This document shows positions 26,541-35,639 of a stretch of 42,084 bases of DNA, one piece after another. The stretch spans positions 660,511 to 702,594 of the forward strand of contig CAZQXB010000001.1 in assembly GCA_964597575.1 (NCBI GenBank), in the 5' to 3' direction. The DNA is from an uncultured Gammaproteobacteria bacterium (lineage in GTDB: Bacteria; Patescibacteriota; Patescibacteriia; Magasanikbacterales; UBA922). The first letter of the stretch is position 1; every line of letters begins with the position of its first letter. A model generated the notes under the pieces. The model worked only from the letters and a program-made list of their open reading frames with translations. It did no database searches and was not told the DNA's origin. The translations under genes and the position numbers were made by a program.

Positions 26541-28793
26541 ATGAATTACCGTTCTCTTTTTTTAGTGTCTCTCGTGGGATTTTTCGCCTCTCCCCATCTT
26601 CTTTTAGCCGAAGAATTCAACCCACACCACCTTATTTCAGACATAGAGCTCCAAGATAAAACAACCATGACGCACGATGATATTCAGGCGTTTCTTGAAT
26701 TTAAAGGGGGCGCCATTAGCCACATGCAAGCACCAGATGTAAGTGGCACACCTCGCCTTATTTCTGACATGATCTATCGAAGTGCTCAGGCCCACAACAT
26801 AAACCCCAAATACCTTCTGGTAAAACTTCAAAAAGAACAGAGTTTGCTTACCGAAAAAAATCCCACTCAAAAACAACTGGATTGGGCTACCGGCTATGGA
26901 ATTTGCGATGCCTGCAGCATGGATGACCCTACCTTACAAAAACACCGTGGTATTGGCGCTCAAATTGATAGCGCAGCCGGCATTATGCGTTGGTACTATG
27001 ACCACTTGAAGACCGAAGAGTGGATCAAACGCATGGGGCAGACTTATGTTATTGATGGCCAACCCGTAGTGCCCATGAGCAATGCCACAGGATTTTTATA
27101 CACCTACACACCACATATCCAGGGAAATCAAAATTTTTGGAAACTTTGGCGAACCTGGTTTGCGCAAGTGTACCCGAACGGCACGCTCGTAAAAATTCCT
27201 GGCGAAAGTACGGTCTATGTGATTATTGATGGCCAACGACGCGCGTTTACCTCAATGGCAGCACTTCTTACCCGATTTGATCCGAAAATGATTGTGGAAT
27301 CAAGCGCAGCTGAACTAGCGAAGTATGACATTGCAACCCCGATCACTCTTCCCAATTACGCCATCCTCCGAAATGGAAATTCGTACTATCTTCTTGATAA
27401 CACTGAACTTCGTCCGTTTGATTCTCTGGCGACCGTTCGCGCACTGGGATATAACCCTGACGAAATTATCGATGTATCTGAATCTGAAATTGCAGGGTAT
27501 CCACTTGGAAAAACCATTTCTGCAATAAACACAGCATCAGCAAAAGATATTCGTGGACGCGTTATCCGAGGCAAAGAAGACCAACAACTCTACTTTATTA
27601 AAGAAAACACCATTCGACTCATTCCCCACGAGGCAATTTACACCTTTACCTTTGGTAACTATCCGGTCGAGACCGTTTCCCTCCAAACGATAGAGGCGTA
27701 CACAGTTGGCGAGCCCGTTTTGTTTAAAGACGGGGCTCTGTTTGGAATTAAAGGTTCAAACAAAATTTATGTGGCCGAAAATGGATTCAAACGTCACATT
27801 GCGAGTGAGCGCGTCTTTAATTCGCTAGGATACGACTGGAATAATATCGTTTGGATCGACCAATTGACAGGCATGCTCTATAAAACCGCCCCTCCGATTG
27901 AGGCAGAAATTGAATCAACGCCCCCAGGTACCACCCCCCAAACACTAGGTAGTGAAGTAGGAGAAGATCAATCACCGGGTTCTGGCCCGGCACCCATGAT
28001 AGTAACTCCACCAGAAAAAACAGTTTTTATTGGTACCCCAATCGAAACCCCCGTAAATACCTACCTTATCGCGGACAGCACCGGAACCATTCTTCGAGCA
28101 AAAAATATTGATGACCCACGACCAATCGCCTCGTTCACGAAACTCATGACCGCATACCGCTTAGCAGCCGAGGGGTTAAACACAGCGCGAAGTGTCACCT
28201 ATGACCCAAAAGTGCACAAAGCAATGTATAACAACTTTCGTCTAGCTCCGGGGGAGCAAGTAAAAAACAGTGATCTTCTAGATGCCTTACTTGTTTCTTC
28301 ACTGAACCTTCCCGCGCACATGCTCGTTTCAAGTGTAAACAAAAAAGATGCTGAATTCGTTGCTGGCATGAATACCCAAGCAAAAACCTGGGGGCTCACC
28401 AATACCACCTTTGCCGACCCCTCTGGGGCTGATGTCGAAAACATGGGCACGGGCCGAGACATGCTCACCTTGTTCCAAAAAGCGAGCGAGGTGGGAATGG
28501 TGGTAAACACACTCAAAAAAACAGGATACGAGTACGATGAGCTTGTTGATAAAGACAAAAAGCCACACCACTATGATACTCACACCAATACATTGCAAGG
28601 AAGAAAAGATCTTCCATTTGTTGTACTTTTTAGTAAAACGGGGTATCTTGAGGAGGGTGGAGCCTCAGTGATCATGAGAATTCGCCGTACATCCGATAAT
28701 AAGGAATTTACGGTTCTCACCATGGGGAACCCCGACTACACGAACCGATTTAATGAACCTGAACGCTTAGCGCGTCTCGCTATTCAAAATTAG
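26541..28793 (+). CDS. Secreted multidomain protein: N-terminal domain + four ~57-aa repeats + C-terminal D-Ala-D-Ala carboxypeptidase (peptidase S11)
   Basis: Signal peptide; PIASFTKLMT (SxxK), SSLN (SxN) and SKTGY (KTG) in the C-terminal ~270 aa; repeats begin YPNGTLVK, LPNYAILR, IRGRVIR, FKDGALF. Confidence 0.85.
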   Translation: MNYRSLFLVSLVGFFASPHLLLAEEFNPHHLISDIELQDKTTMTHDDIQAFLEFKGGAISHMQAPDVSGTPRLISDMIYRSAQAHNINPKYLLVKLQKEQSLLTEKNPTQKQLDWATGYGICDACSMDDPTLQKHRGIGAQIDSAAGIMRWYYDHLKTEEWIKRMGQTYVIDGQPVVPMSNATGFLYTYTPHIQGNQNFWKLWRTWFAQVYPNGTLVKIPGESTVYVIIDGQRRAFTSMAALLTRFDPKMIVESSAAELAKYDIATPITLPNYAILRNGNSYYLLDNTELRPFDSLATVRALGYNPDEIIDVSESEIAGYPLGKTISAINTASAKDIRGRVIRGKEDQQLYFIKENTIRLIPHEAIYTFTFGNYPVETVSLQTIEAYTVGEPVLFKDGALFGIKGSNKIYVAENGFKRHIASERVFNSLGYDWNNIVWIDQLTGMLYKTAPPIEAEIESTPPGTTPQTLGSEVGEDQSPGSGPAPMIVTPPEKTVFIGTPIETPVNTYLIADSTGTILRAKNIDDPRPIASFTKLMTAYRLAAEGLNTARSVTYDPKVHKAMYNNFRLAPGEQVKNSDLLDALLVSSLNLPAHMLVSSVNKKDAEFVAGMNTQAKTWGLTNTTFADPSGADVENMGTGRDMLTLFQKASEVGMVVNTLKKTGYEYDELVDKDKKPHHYDTHTNTLQGRKDLPFVVLFSKTGYLEEGGASVIMRIRRTSDNKEFTVLTMGNPDYTNRFNEPERLARLAIQN

Positions 28794-28813
28794 TACCCAC
28801 ACTTCGATCTTCT

Positions 28814-29605
28814 ATGGCCATTGTCTTTGCTGCCATTACTCCGCACCCCCCTATCCTTCTTCCGACTATCGGTAAGGGGGCTTTTCAAGAACTCGCCAAA
28901 ACCAGAAAAGCACTCGAAACTCTTGAAGAAGAACTGTACACCGCGAAGCCAAATGTCATTCTTATTATTTCTCCACACACCAGCCTTTTTGCTGAATCAT
29001 TTACTCTGAATGCTCACCCGAATTTTCGTTCGTCATTTGAACAATTCGGCGATGTGGTGACGGTGAAAAATTGGACTGGTACGCCAGAGATCGCGGCAAA
29101 AATTGGACACGCTTCAAAAGAACACGGTATCCCCCTTCAGCTCGTAAGTGAAGAGCGACTTGACCACGGCGCTTCTATCCCCCTTTTGTATCTGACGGAG
29201 CACCTGCCAAACGTCAAAGTTTTGCCAGTTGGATATAGCGCGATGTCACCCAAAGATCATTTCGAATTTGGCCGTTTTCTCAAAGAACAGATCATGGAAT
29301 CCGGTAAACGCGTAGCCGTAATTGCTTCTGGAGACATGGCTCATTGTTTAACGAAAGATGCGCCGCACGGGTTAAAACCTGCCGGAGCACTTTTTGATAA
29401 AGCGCTCCAAAGTGCCGTCAAAAATCATGACGCAGATGCTCTTCTTGGTATCGACCCTTCCCTTGTGTCTGACGCAGAGGAATGTGGGTATCGCTCAACC
29501 CTTATTCTCATGGGAATTCTCGGTGACATGAACTACACCTACACTACCCATGCCTACGAATATCCCTTTGGGATTGGTTACCTTACGGCTCAATGCACCC
29601 TCTAA
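28814..29605 (+). CDS. Class III extradiol dioxygenase/LigB/MEMO-like protein
   Basis: PHPP, SPH, LDHG, SGDMAH, ECGYRS, YEYPFGIGY. Confidence 0.85.
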   Translation: MAIVFAAITPHPPILLPTIGKGAFQELAKTRKALETLEEELYTAKPNVILIISPHTSLFAESFTLNAHPNFRSSFEQFGDVVTVKNWTGTPEIAAKIGHASKEHGIPLQLVSEERLDHGASIPLLYLTEHLPNVKVLPVGYSAMSPKDHFEFGRFLKEQIMESGKRVAVIASGDMAHCLTKDAPHGLKPAGALFDKALQSAVKNHDADALLGIDPSLVSDAEECGYRSTLILMGILGDMNYTYTTHAYEYPFGIGYLTAQCTL

Positions 29606-29614
29606 AAAAATACC

Positions 29615-31507
29615 ATGTCTCTTGTCGCCGAGGTCATTCCACTCGCGAAACGTTTACCCGCCCAAAAGGGCGTGTTTGATTATAGCGTTCCTGAAAATCT
29701 AGAAGCCGCGCTCCGTGTCGGCGAAATCGTGGAAATACCATTTCGAACAAGCACTCGACTTGGGCTCATTCTTCGGATCAAAGAAATGAATGAAGCTCGA
29801 GAGCTCCGTCCTATTATAAAACGGATCACTCGTACCCCGCTTCTTTTTTCGCACGAACTTTCTCTTCTTACCACCTTAGCATCTTGGTATGGGGTGTCGC
29901 CTGCGATTATTGCCCACCTCATGCTTCCGCCTTTGCAGAAAAGAAAACTCGCCTCGGTCAAAACCACAATATTCGAATACGAACAAACGGAATCATTACG
30001 ACCAAACATCGTGCTGACACGCACGCTTGAAGAGACCGTTACCTTACTTCTTGAGATAGAAAAAAAACAAGAACACACCGTGGTATTTTTTCCAGAAATT
30101 TTTCGCTTAGAGCATTTTATAGCGCACTTACCAGAAAACCTGGCCCGAAAACTCGTCGTCTGGCACAGTGCACTCTCCCCAAAAGAAGAATTTTCAGCTT
30201 GGGAAAAAATCCGTCTGGCTGAAACTCCCTTACTTATTTTTGCAACTCGAGGCGGGGCTTTTTTACCTTTTCCTCCACACACTCATATTCTTTTGACTGA
30301 CGAGGGTCACGAAGAGTACAAGCACTGGGACCAAAATCCACGCTTTCATGTAAAAGATGTTTTAGAAATTCGGAGGAAAGAGACCCCACTCCCCCTGACA
30401 CTTTGTGGTCGAATTCCAAGTCTCGAAAGTTACATTGGCATTTACGAAAAGACGCTTCTCTATCCTTCTCAAATTTCAAAACAAGATCGTCTTTTTTCTG
30501 AACCCACTCTTCCGGAGCTTACCGTGATCGACATGAACGAAGAGCGGAGAGCCGGCAGATACACCACATTATCGGATGAGGTAAAGGAGATTGTCGGCAC
30601 AGCGGATGGCGACATTCTTCTTTTGGTTCAACGGCGTGGATTTATGGGCACCGTTGGATGTACCGCATGTAAAAACATGGTGCGATGTTCCACATGTCAA
30701 AACCCCCTCGTTCTTCATGAAAATACCAACACCCTTCTATGCCACTATTGTGGCACACACCAAGAAGTACCTTCACTTTGTCCCACCTGTAATCGCGCTA
30801 CCATACGGTACGGAAATGCCGGCACTGCTTTTATTGAGCAGGGAATTCGCTCCCTGGTTTCGGAAAATCAGAAAGTTGCGGTGTACCGTATCGACGGAGA
30901 CACCGGCGAACAACATATTCCGGATGATGACAAATACCATGTTGTAGTTGGAACGGAAAAAGCCTTACCGCACTTGCGACGAGAAAAAACAAAAGCCATT
31001 ATTTTTGTTGATCTTGATAGCATCCTTCATGTTCCCGAATATCAAATGAATGAAACGATTTGGCAGTCCCTTCACGACATGGCACTTCTTTTTCCCAACG
31101 CAAAAATATACGCCCAAACTTCGCACAAAGAACATATTGTTTTTACCGCCCATACCGAGCCCGACCGGTTCTACCGCACTGAACTCTCGGCTCGAAAAAG
31201 CCTTAACTACCCCCCGTATACCACCATGGTTCGATTTCTTCTTTCGGGAAGAGAAAAAGTGGCCACAAACGAGAAGGCAAAACAGATGGCAGACACCATT
31301 CGCCTGTGGTTGACAAACGAGGGAAAATCGGGTACAATACAGGGCCCATTTGAAATGCACCCTCATTTCTATCGGCACGAATTTTGGTATACTCTTATTA
31401 TCCGAATTCCGAACGAAACAAAGGAAAAAATGATTCCTAAGCTCGCTGCACTTCTTACCCCTGGCTGGCGAGTCGATATTCGACCAAATAGTGTCCTGCG
31501 TTTTTAA
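29615..31507 (+). CDS. priA: Primosomal protein N' (helicase motifs degenerate)
   Basis: FDYSVP 3'-binding domain, PEI, HS, DEGH, PRFH, QRRGF, two Cys4 Zn sites, YPPYT C-terminal domain. No GSGKT. Confidence 0.9.
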   Translation: MSLVAEVIPLAKRLPAQKGVFDYSVPENLEAALRVGEIVEIPFRTSTRLGLILRIKEMNEARELRPIIKRITRTPLLFSHELSLLTTLASWYGVSPAIIAHLMLPPLQKRKLASVKTTIFEYEQTESLRPNIVLTRTLEETVTLLLEIEKKQEHTVVFFPEIFRLEHFIAHLPENLARKLVVWHSALSPKEEFSAWEKIRLAETPLLIFATRGGAFLPFPPHTHILLTDEGHEEYKHWDQNPRFHVKDVLEIRRKETPLPLTLCGRIPSLESYIGIYEKTLLYPSQISKQDRLFSEPTLPELTVIDMNEERRAGRYTTLSDEVKEIVGTADGDILLLVQRRGFMGTVGCTACKNMVRCSTCQNPLVLHENTNTLLCHYCGTHQEVPSLCPTCNRATIRYGNAGTAFIEQGIRSLVSENQKVAVYRIDGDTGEQHIPDDDKYHVVVGTEKALPHLRREKTKAIIFVDLDSILHVPEYQMNETIWQSLHDMALLFPNAKIYAQTSHKEHIVFTAHTEPDRFYRTELSARKSLNYPPYTTMVRFLLSGREKVATNEKAKQMADTIRLWLTNEGKSGTIQGPFEMHPHFYRHEFWYTLIIRIPNETKEKMIPKLAALLTPGWRVDIRPNSVLRF

Positions 31508-31511
31508 AAAT

Positions 31512-32009
31512 ATGATTCAATTACCCATTATTACTATTCCTACGCCCTCACTCCGTGTACGTTCTCGCGAGGTAACCGTAACTGAGCTGCTTTCACCTCC
31601 CATGCAGCAGTTTATTGATGCTATGATTCCAACCATGTATGGCGACGATGGCATTGGGCTCGCCGCACCTCAAGTGGCCAATAACATTCGCATTGCTGTA
31701 ATTGGGAAAGATGCTGATAAGAGTCTCAAAAACGATTTGGTTCTTGTGAACCCTACGTGGGAGCGTATCAGCAAGAAAACAAACGTTGATACGGAAGGGT
31801 GCTTATCGGTTCCAGGAAAAATGGGTAAGGTAAAGCGCTTTACCGATTTACTGGTCAAAGCACTTGATCGTCATGGCAACCCCATAGAATTTAAGGCACA
31901 CAAATATTTTGCTCGCGTGATTCAACATGAAATTGATCATTTAGATGGAATTTTGTACATTGATCGGGCGTTTGATATTGAAGAAGTACAGCGCGAAGAA
32001 GCTGAGTAG
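31512..32009 (+). CDS. def: Peptide deformylase
   Basis: GIGLAAPQ, EGCLSV, QHEIDHL. Confidence 0.97.
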   Translation: MIQLPIITIPTPSLRVRSREVTVTELLSPPMQQFIDAMIPTMYGDDGIGLAAPQVANNIRIAVIGKDADKSLKNDLVLVNPTWERISKKTNVDTEGCLSVPGKMGKVKRFTDLLVKALDRHGNPIEFKAHKYFARVIQHEIDHLDGILYIDRAFDIEEVQREEAE

Positions 32010-32040
32010 AAAATCCGACCAAAGTCGGATTTTCTGTCTT
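32008..32040 (+). terminator. Hairpin/terminator between def and fmt
   Basis: 12-bp perfect stem AGAAAATCCGAC-caaa-GTCGGATTTTCT followed by a T-rich tract. Confidence 0.65.
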
Positions 32041-32079
32041 CCCTTTTTTGCTTTTTCGTTCTATGATAGGCGTATCTCT

Positions 32080-33000
32080 ATGAATGCCATCTCTACTGTT
32101 TTTTTCGGTACCGAACGCTTCGCCGCCACTATTTTAGAAGGCTTATTAAACGACCCTCAATTCGCAATAAAACTCGTTATCACGCAGCCCGACCGACCTG
32201 TTGGCCGTCACCAAGAAATCACCCCGACACCAGTAAAACTCATTGCTGAAAAATATAAGGTGCCATTTCTCCAACCAGAATCTTTAAAAAACTTTTCTTT
32301 TGAAGATACTTTTGATATTGGAATTGTGGCGCAGTACGGCCTTATTATTCCGGAACATATTTTGCAGGCTCCGACCCATGGCCTGGTGAACACCCACACC
32401 TCTCTTTTACCAAAATATCGCGGAGCCTCCCCCATCCAATCAGCGCTTATGAACGGAGAAAAAGAAACAGGCGTGACGATTATGCAAATGGATAAAGGAC
32501 TCGACACCGGCCCCATCCTTCTTCAAAAGAAAATAGGAATTGCCCCAAATGACACCTATGAATTACTTGATGTAAAACTCGCAACCCCTGCGCTTGAAGG
32601 ATTAAAAGAAGCAGTGCCAGCGTTTATTTCTGGCACCCTTACTCCTACTCCTCAAAACGAGGCTGAAGCAACAATGTGTCGCCCTCTCAGCCGAGATACG
32701 GGAAAAATAGTATGGAGTGAAACAGCAGAACACATTCACAATCTCTTTCGAGGAACGTACCCTTGGCCAGGAACCTGGACACTCTGGGAAGGAAAGCGCC
32801 TCAAACTTCTCCAAATCGAAATAACCAATGAAAAATCTCTCAAACCCGGGGAGGTGCGTGTGGACGGTACCACCCTTGCTATCGGTACAGGTGATGGCAC
32901 AGTACATGTGGAGACCCTTCAGCTTGAGGGAAAGAAAGCCATGGACACCAAAACCTTTTTAACTGGTTTTCGAAAAATCCACCAGGCTGTTCTCACCTAA
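32080..33000 (+). CDS. fmt: Methionyl-tRNA formyltransferase
   Basis: VFFGT, VITQPDRPVGR, NTHTSLLPKYRGASPIQ, GLDTGP. Start at 32080. Confidence 0.96.
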   Translation: MNAISTVFFGTERFAATILEGLLNDPQFAIKLVITQPDRPVGRHQEITPTPVKLIAEKYKVPFLQPESLKNFSFEDTFDIGIVAQYGLIIPEHILQAPTHGLVNTHTSLLPKYRGASPIQSALMNGEKETGVTIMQMDKGLDTGPILLQKKIGIAPNDTYELLDVKLATPALEGLKEAVPAFISGTLTPTPQNEAEATMCRPLSRDTGKIVWSETAEHIHNLFRGTYPWPGTWTLWEGKRLKLLQIEITNEKSLKPGEVRVDGTTLAIGTGDGTVHVETLQLEGKKAMDTKTFLTGFRKIHQAVLT

Positions 33001-33002
33001 GT

Positions 33003-34406
33003 ATGTCATTTTTGAGAGCTTTTTTTGCTCGTCGAGATACTATTCCAGAAATCCTGCTGTTTCTTGGAATTTTTGGTACCGTGCGGATCGCATCATGGTT
33101 CCTTCAGCCGTATCCTCTTTTCGAGAGTCTGATCGGACTCTCCATTGTAGCCCTAACTCTCCTTCTTTTTTTGCGAAAACCCCTCTACGGAGTTCTTTTT
33201 CTTATTGGGGAGCTCCTCCTCGGAGGGTCAGGGCATCTTTTTGAAATTTTTGGCATATCCCTCCGCACCCTTCTTCTCGGAACCGGACTTCTTTTTATTT
33301 TTTTTACAAAATCATGGTGGCCAACACACACTACACTTCCGTCCTCTATAAAAAAAATCTTGCTCTTTCTTCTTCTGTGGGTCGGGGTTTCGGCAACATA
33401 CGGCTTTCTCTCAGGAAACTCTCCCCGCCTCATCTTTGGCGACACCATCCCTTTTTTCTACCTTTTCTTTATTACCCCCGTAATTACTATTCTCCAAGGC
33501 GCGCGCGAGAAACAATTGATCAGACGAATCTTACTTGCAACACTGATCGGACACGTTCTTTGGACGCTCGGTACAGAATTTGCTTTTGCGACTCATCTTA
33601 CTGAACTCCATGGTCCGTATTACAAATTTATTCGAGATGTTCTCATGGGGAAAGTAACGGACATGGGAAATGGATTTTTTCGTCTTACCTTACCTGAACA
33701 TCTTCTCATTATTCCAGGCGCCTTACTTGTAATTGCACACATCATACAAAAAAAAATACTGAATCCCAAAAACATCATAATCCTTTTTTCTCTTCTTATT
33801 CTTCTTTCTGCTAATTTTAGCCGTTCATATTATATTGCCTTTTTTGCCGCGCTCGGCGTTCTTTTCTTGCTTTACCCAAAAATAAAAACACTTCTGGTAG
33901 TACTCGGCACCATTATAGGATCCGCAGCGTGTTTTGTCCTCATAAATCTCGCCGCATCTTCTGGCAACTCGACCGGCCTCCCCTTAGTCAGCTCACGCTT
34001 TGGCGGGATTATTACCCCCCAAACAGAAACGAGCGCGTACACAAGGAGCGCCCTTCTTCCCCCTATACACGAAAAATTCATTGCACACCCAGTGATTGGG
34101 CACGGACTTGGCGAAACCTTCGCATTTGAAGATCCTGTCACCAAACAAACAGTGACCACAGCCCAGTTTGACTGGGGCTGGTTCGAGATCATGGTAGAAC
34201 TAGGTTTATTTGGATTTTTTCTTATCGGAAGTATTCTTGTCTCTCTTGGTAAAACGTTTTACCAAAAAATTTCGCACACGACCGCGTATGGGAATATTGG
34301 AATTCTTGTCTCAATCGCCGTCCTTACGCTTTTTGTACCAGCAGTATTTCATGTATATGGTATGGTTTTACTCACCGGTCTTATCGCCTACCGTTCTACC
34401 CTCTAA
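33003..34406 (+). CDS. O-antigen ligase/Wzy_C-like polytopic membrane protein
   Basis: Many TM segments, FSRS, periplasmic loop S...R...HPVIGHGLG, ELGLFG. Confidence 0.8.
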   Translation: MSFLRAFFARRDTIPEILLFLGIFGTVRIASWFLQPYPLFESLIGLSIVALTLLLFLRKPLYGVLFLIGELLLGGSGHLFEIFGISLRTLLLGTGLLFIFFTKSWWPTHTTLPSSIKKILLFLLLWVGVSATYGFLSGNSPRLIFGDTIPFFYLFFITPVITILQGAREKQLIRRILLATLIGHVLWTLGTEFAFATHLTELHGPYYKFIRDVLMGKVTDMGNGFFRLTLPEHLLIIPGALLVIAHIIQKKILNPKNIIILFSLLILLSANFSRSYYIAFFAALGVLFLLYPKIKTLLVVLGTIIGSAACFVLINLAASSGNSTGLPLVSSRFGGIITPQTETSAYTRSALLPPIHEKFIAHPVIGHGLGETFAFEDPVTKQTVTTAQFDWGWFEIMVELGLFGFFLIGSILVSLGKTFYQKISHTTAYGNIGILVSIAVLTLFVPAVFHVYGMVLLTGLIAYRSTL

Positions 34407-34410
34407 ACCT

Positions 34411-34560
34411 ATGGAAAAAAAGACCGTCTGGTGTAATTACTGCCACAAAGAAACACACCTTATTTGGGTGCACGGTCATGGTCAATGCGAAACGTGCAAA
34501 ACCAATATCGACGAATGTTGTCGCGGTGAATCATGTGACCCACTAAAAAAGAAGCCTTAG
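34411..34560 (+). CDS. 49-aa Cys/His-rich miniprotein (probable metal binding)
   Basis: MEKKTVWCNYCHKETHLIWVHGHGQCETCKTNIDECCRGESCDPLKKKP; ATG 4 nt after the upstream stop. Only visible inside a longer track ORF. Confidence 0.75.
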   Translation: MEKKTVWCNYCHKETHLIWVHGHGQCETCKTNIDECCRGESCDPLKKKP

Positions 34561-34697
34561 TCAAAAATGGAATACAGCAACGAGAACATTTTCATGAAAC
34601 CACTCCACTTTGCCCAGCCACACGAAAAGCGACCTCAAAGTGCATTCCTTATGCCACAAAGTGTGCTTTTATCAAACCTTAGTGGAAAATCATAAAA

Positions 34698-34919
34698 TTA
34701 CTGCACCAAGGTAAATCTCAATTTTTTCTCACCGTTCACTTCAACTTCTTCAAACCACATTAATGCTGACCGCACCCAGAATTGCCCAATATCACTCGTA
34801 TAGAGCGCCTCATACACCACCAAATCTTCCAATGTTTCAGAATGATGGGCAAGCGCAATGACACGATACAACCCACCCTTGTAATGACGATACGTCTTCC
34901 CTACTTCTGGTAGATTCAT
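34698..34919 (-). CDS. DUF1653-family protein
   Basis: YRHYKGGLYRVI..A.HSETLE.LVVYEALY...WVR...MWFEEV. Confidence 0.88.
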   Translation of the reverse strand: MNLPEVGKTYRHYKGGLYRVIALAHHSETLEDLVVYEALYTSDIGQFWVRSALMWFEEVEVNGEKKLRFTLVQ

Positions 34920-34931
34920 ACCTTTTGTAAT

Positions 34932-35633
34932 TCACTTGAGCCCATGTTTTCTCATCACCACTGCCCGGGCTCTGTGATAGGCAAAAACTTGCTTCTTCCA
35001 TAGCGGGAAAAAACAAAATGGTTTTTTATAGGCAAATGAGGGAAGCCAGCCACTCATCCCACTTTTTCTTGGGATGACTGAAAAGAGAACTTCTGGAATA
35101 TATACCCCGCTTTTCTTTTCTTCGGAAGAAGTAAGCCAATAATCCCAATCTTGAAAACGCTTCAGTGTCTCGTCCCAAGGTACCACTGCTTCACGACGAA
35201 TAAGACTGGTTGAGTGAATAAAGTTATCTTTTTGTATATGAGGCGCCGACCACGGCTTCGCCGGCATTTTTTTCAGACCAAAGTAATGATCACTATACAC
35301 AAACGAGGCTTCTTTATTTTCTTGAAGTGCTCGGAGCATCTCTTGAAGCATAGTCGGCTTACCCAAAACATCTGCATCCCAAAAAATAACAAACTGCCCC
35401 GTGGATTTTCGAAATCCAGAGTTTCGCGCCGCCGGAGCCCCTGCATTTTCTTGGCGAATAAGGGTGAATGGACGAGTGTACACCGCACCCACCTCTTCTT
35501 TTGAGAGAGGTATAGCACTTCCATCGTCTACAATAATCACCTCCGTATCTTTTTCCGTTTGTGCTAAAAGAGTACCGAGTGATTCTTTCAGCGCTTCATG
35601 ATGGTTAAAAAATGGAATAATAACACTGATCAT
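34932..35633 (-). CDS. Glycosyltransferase family 2
   Basis: ISVIIPFFN, VDDGS, ENAGAPAARN, FWDAD, QDWDYWL. Confidence 0.92.
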   Translation of the reverse strand: MISVIIPFFNHHEALKESLGTLLAQTEKDTEVIIVDDGSAIPLSKEEVGAVYTRPFTLIRQENAGAPAARNSGFRKSTGQFVIFWDADVLGKPTMLQEMLRALQENKEASFVYSDHYFGLKKMPAKPWSAPHIQKDNFIHSTSLIRREAVVPWDETLKRFQDWDYWLTSSEEKKSGVYIPEVLFSVIPRKSGMSGWLPSFAYKKPFCFFPLWKKQVFAYHRARAVVMRKHGLK

Positions 35634-35639
35634 ACACCG

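Noticed and set aside
34561-34697. Hidden small gene or pseudogene in the gap before the DUF1653 gene
   Set aside because: Hand translation of the minus frames gave only short, unrecognisable peptides without a good start.
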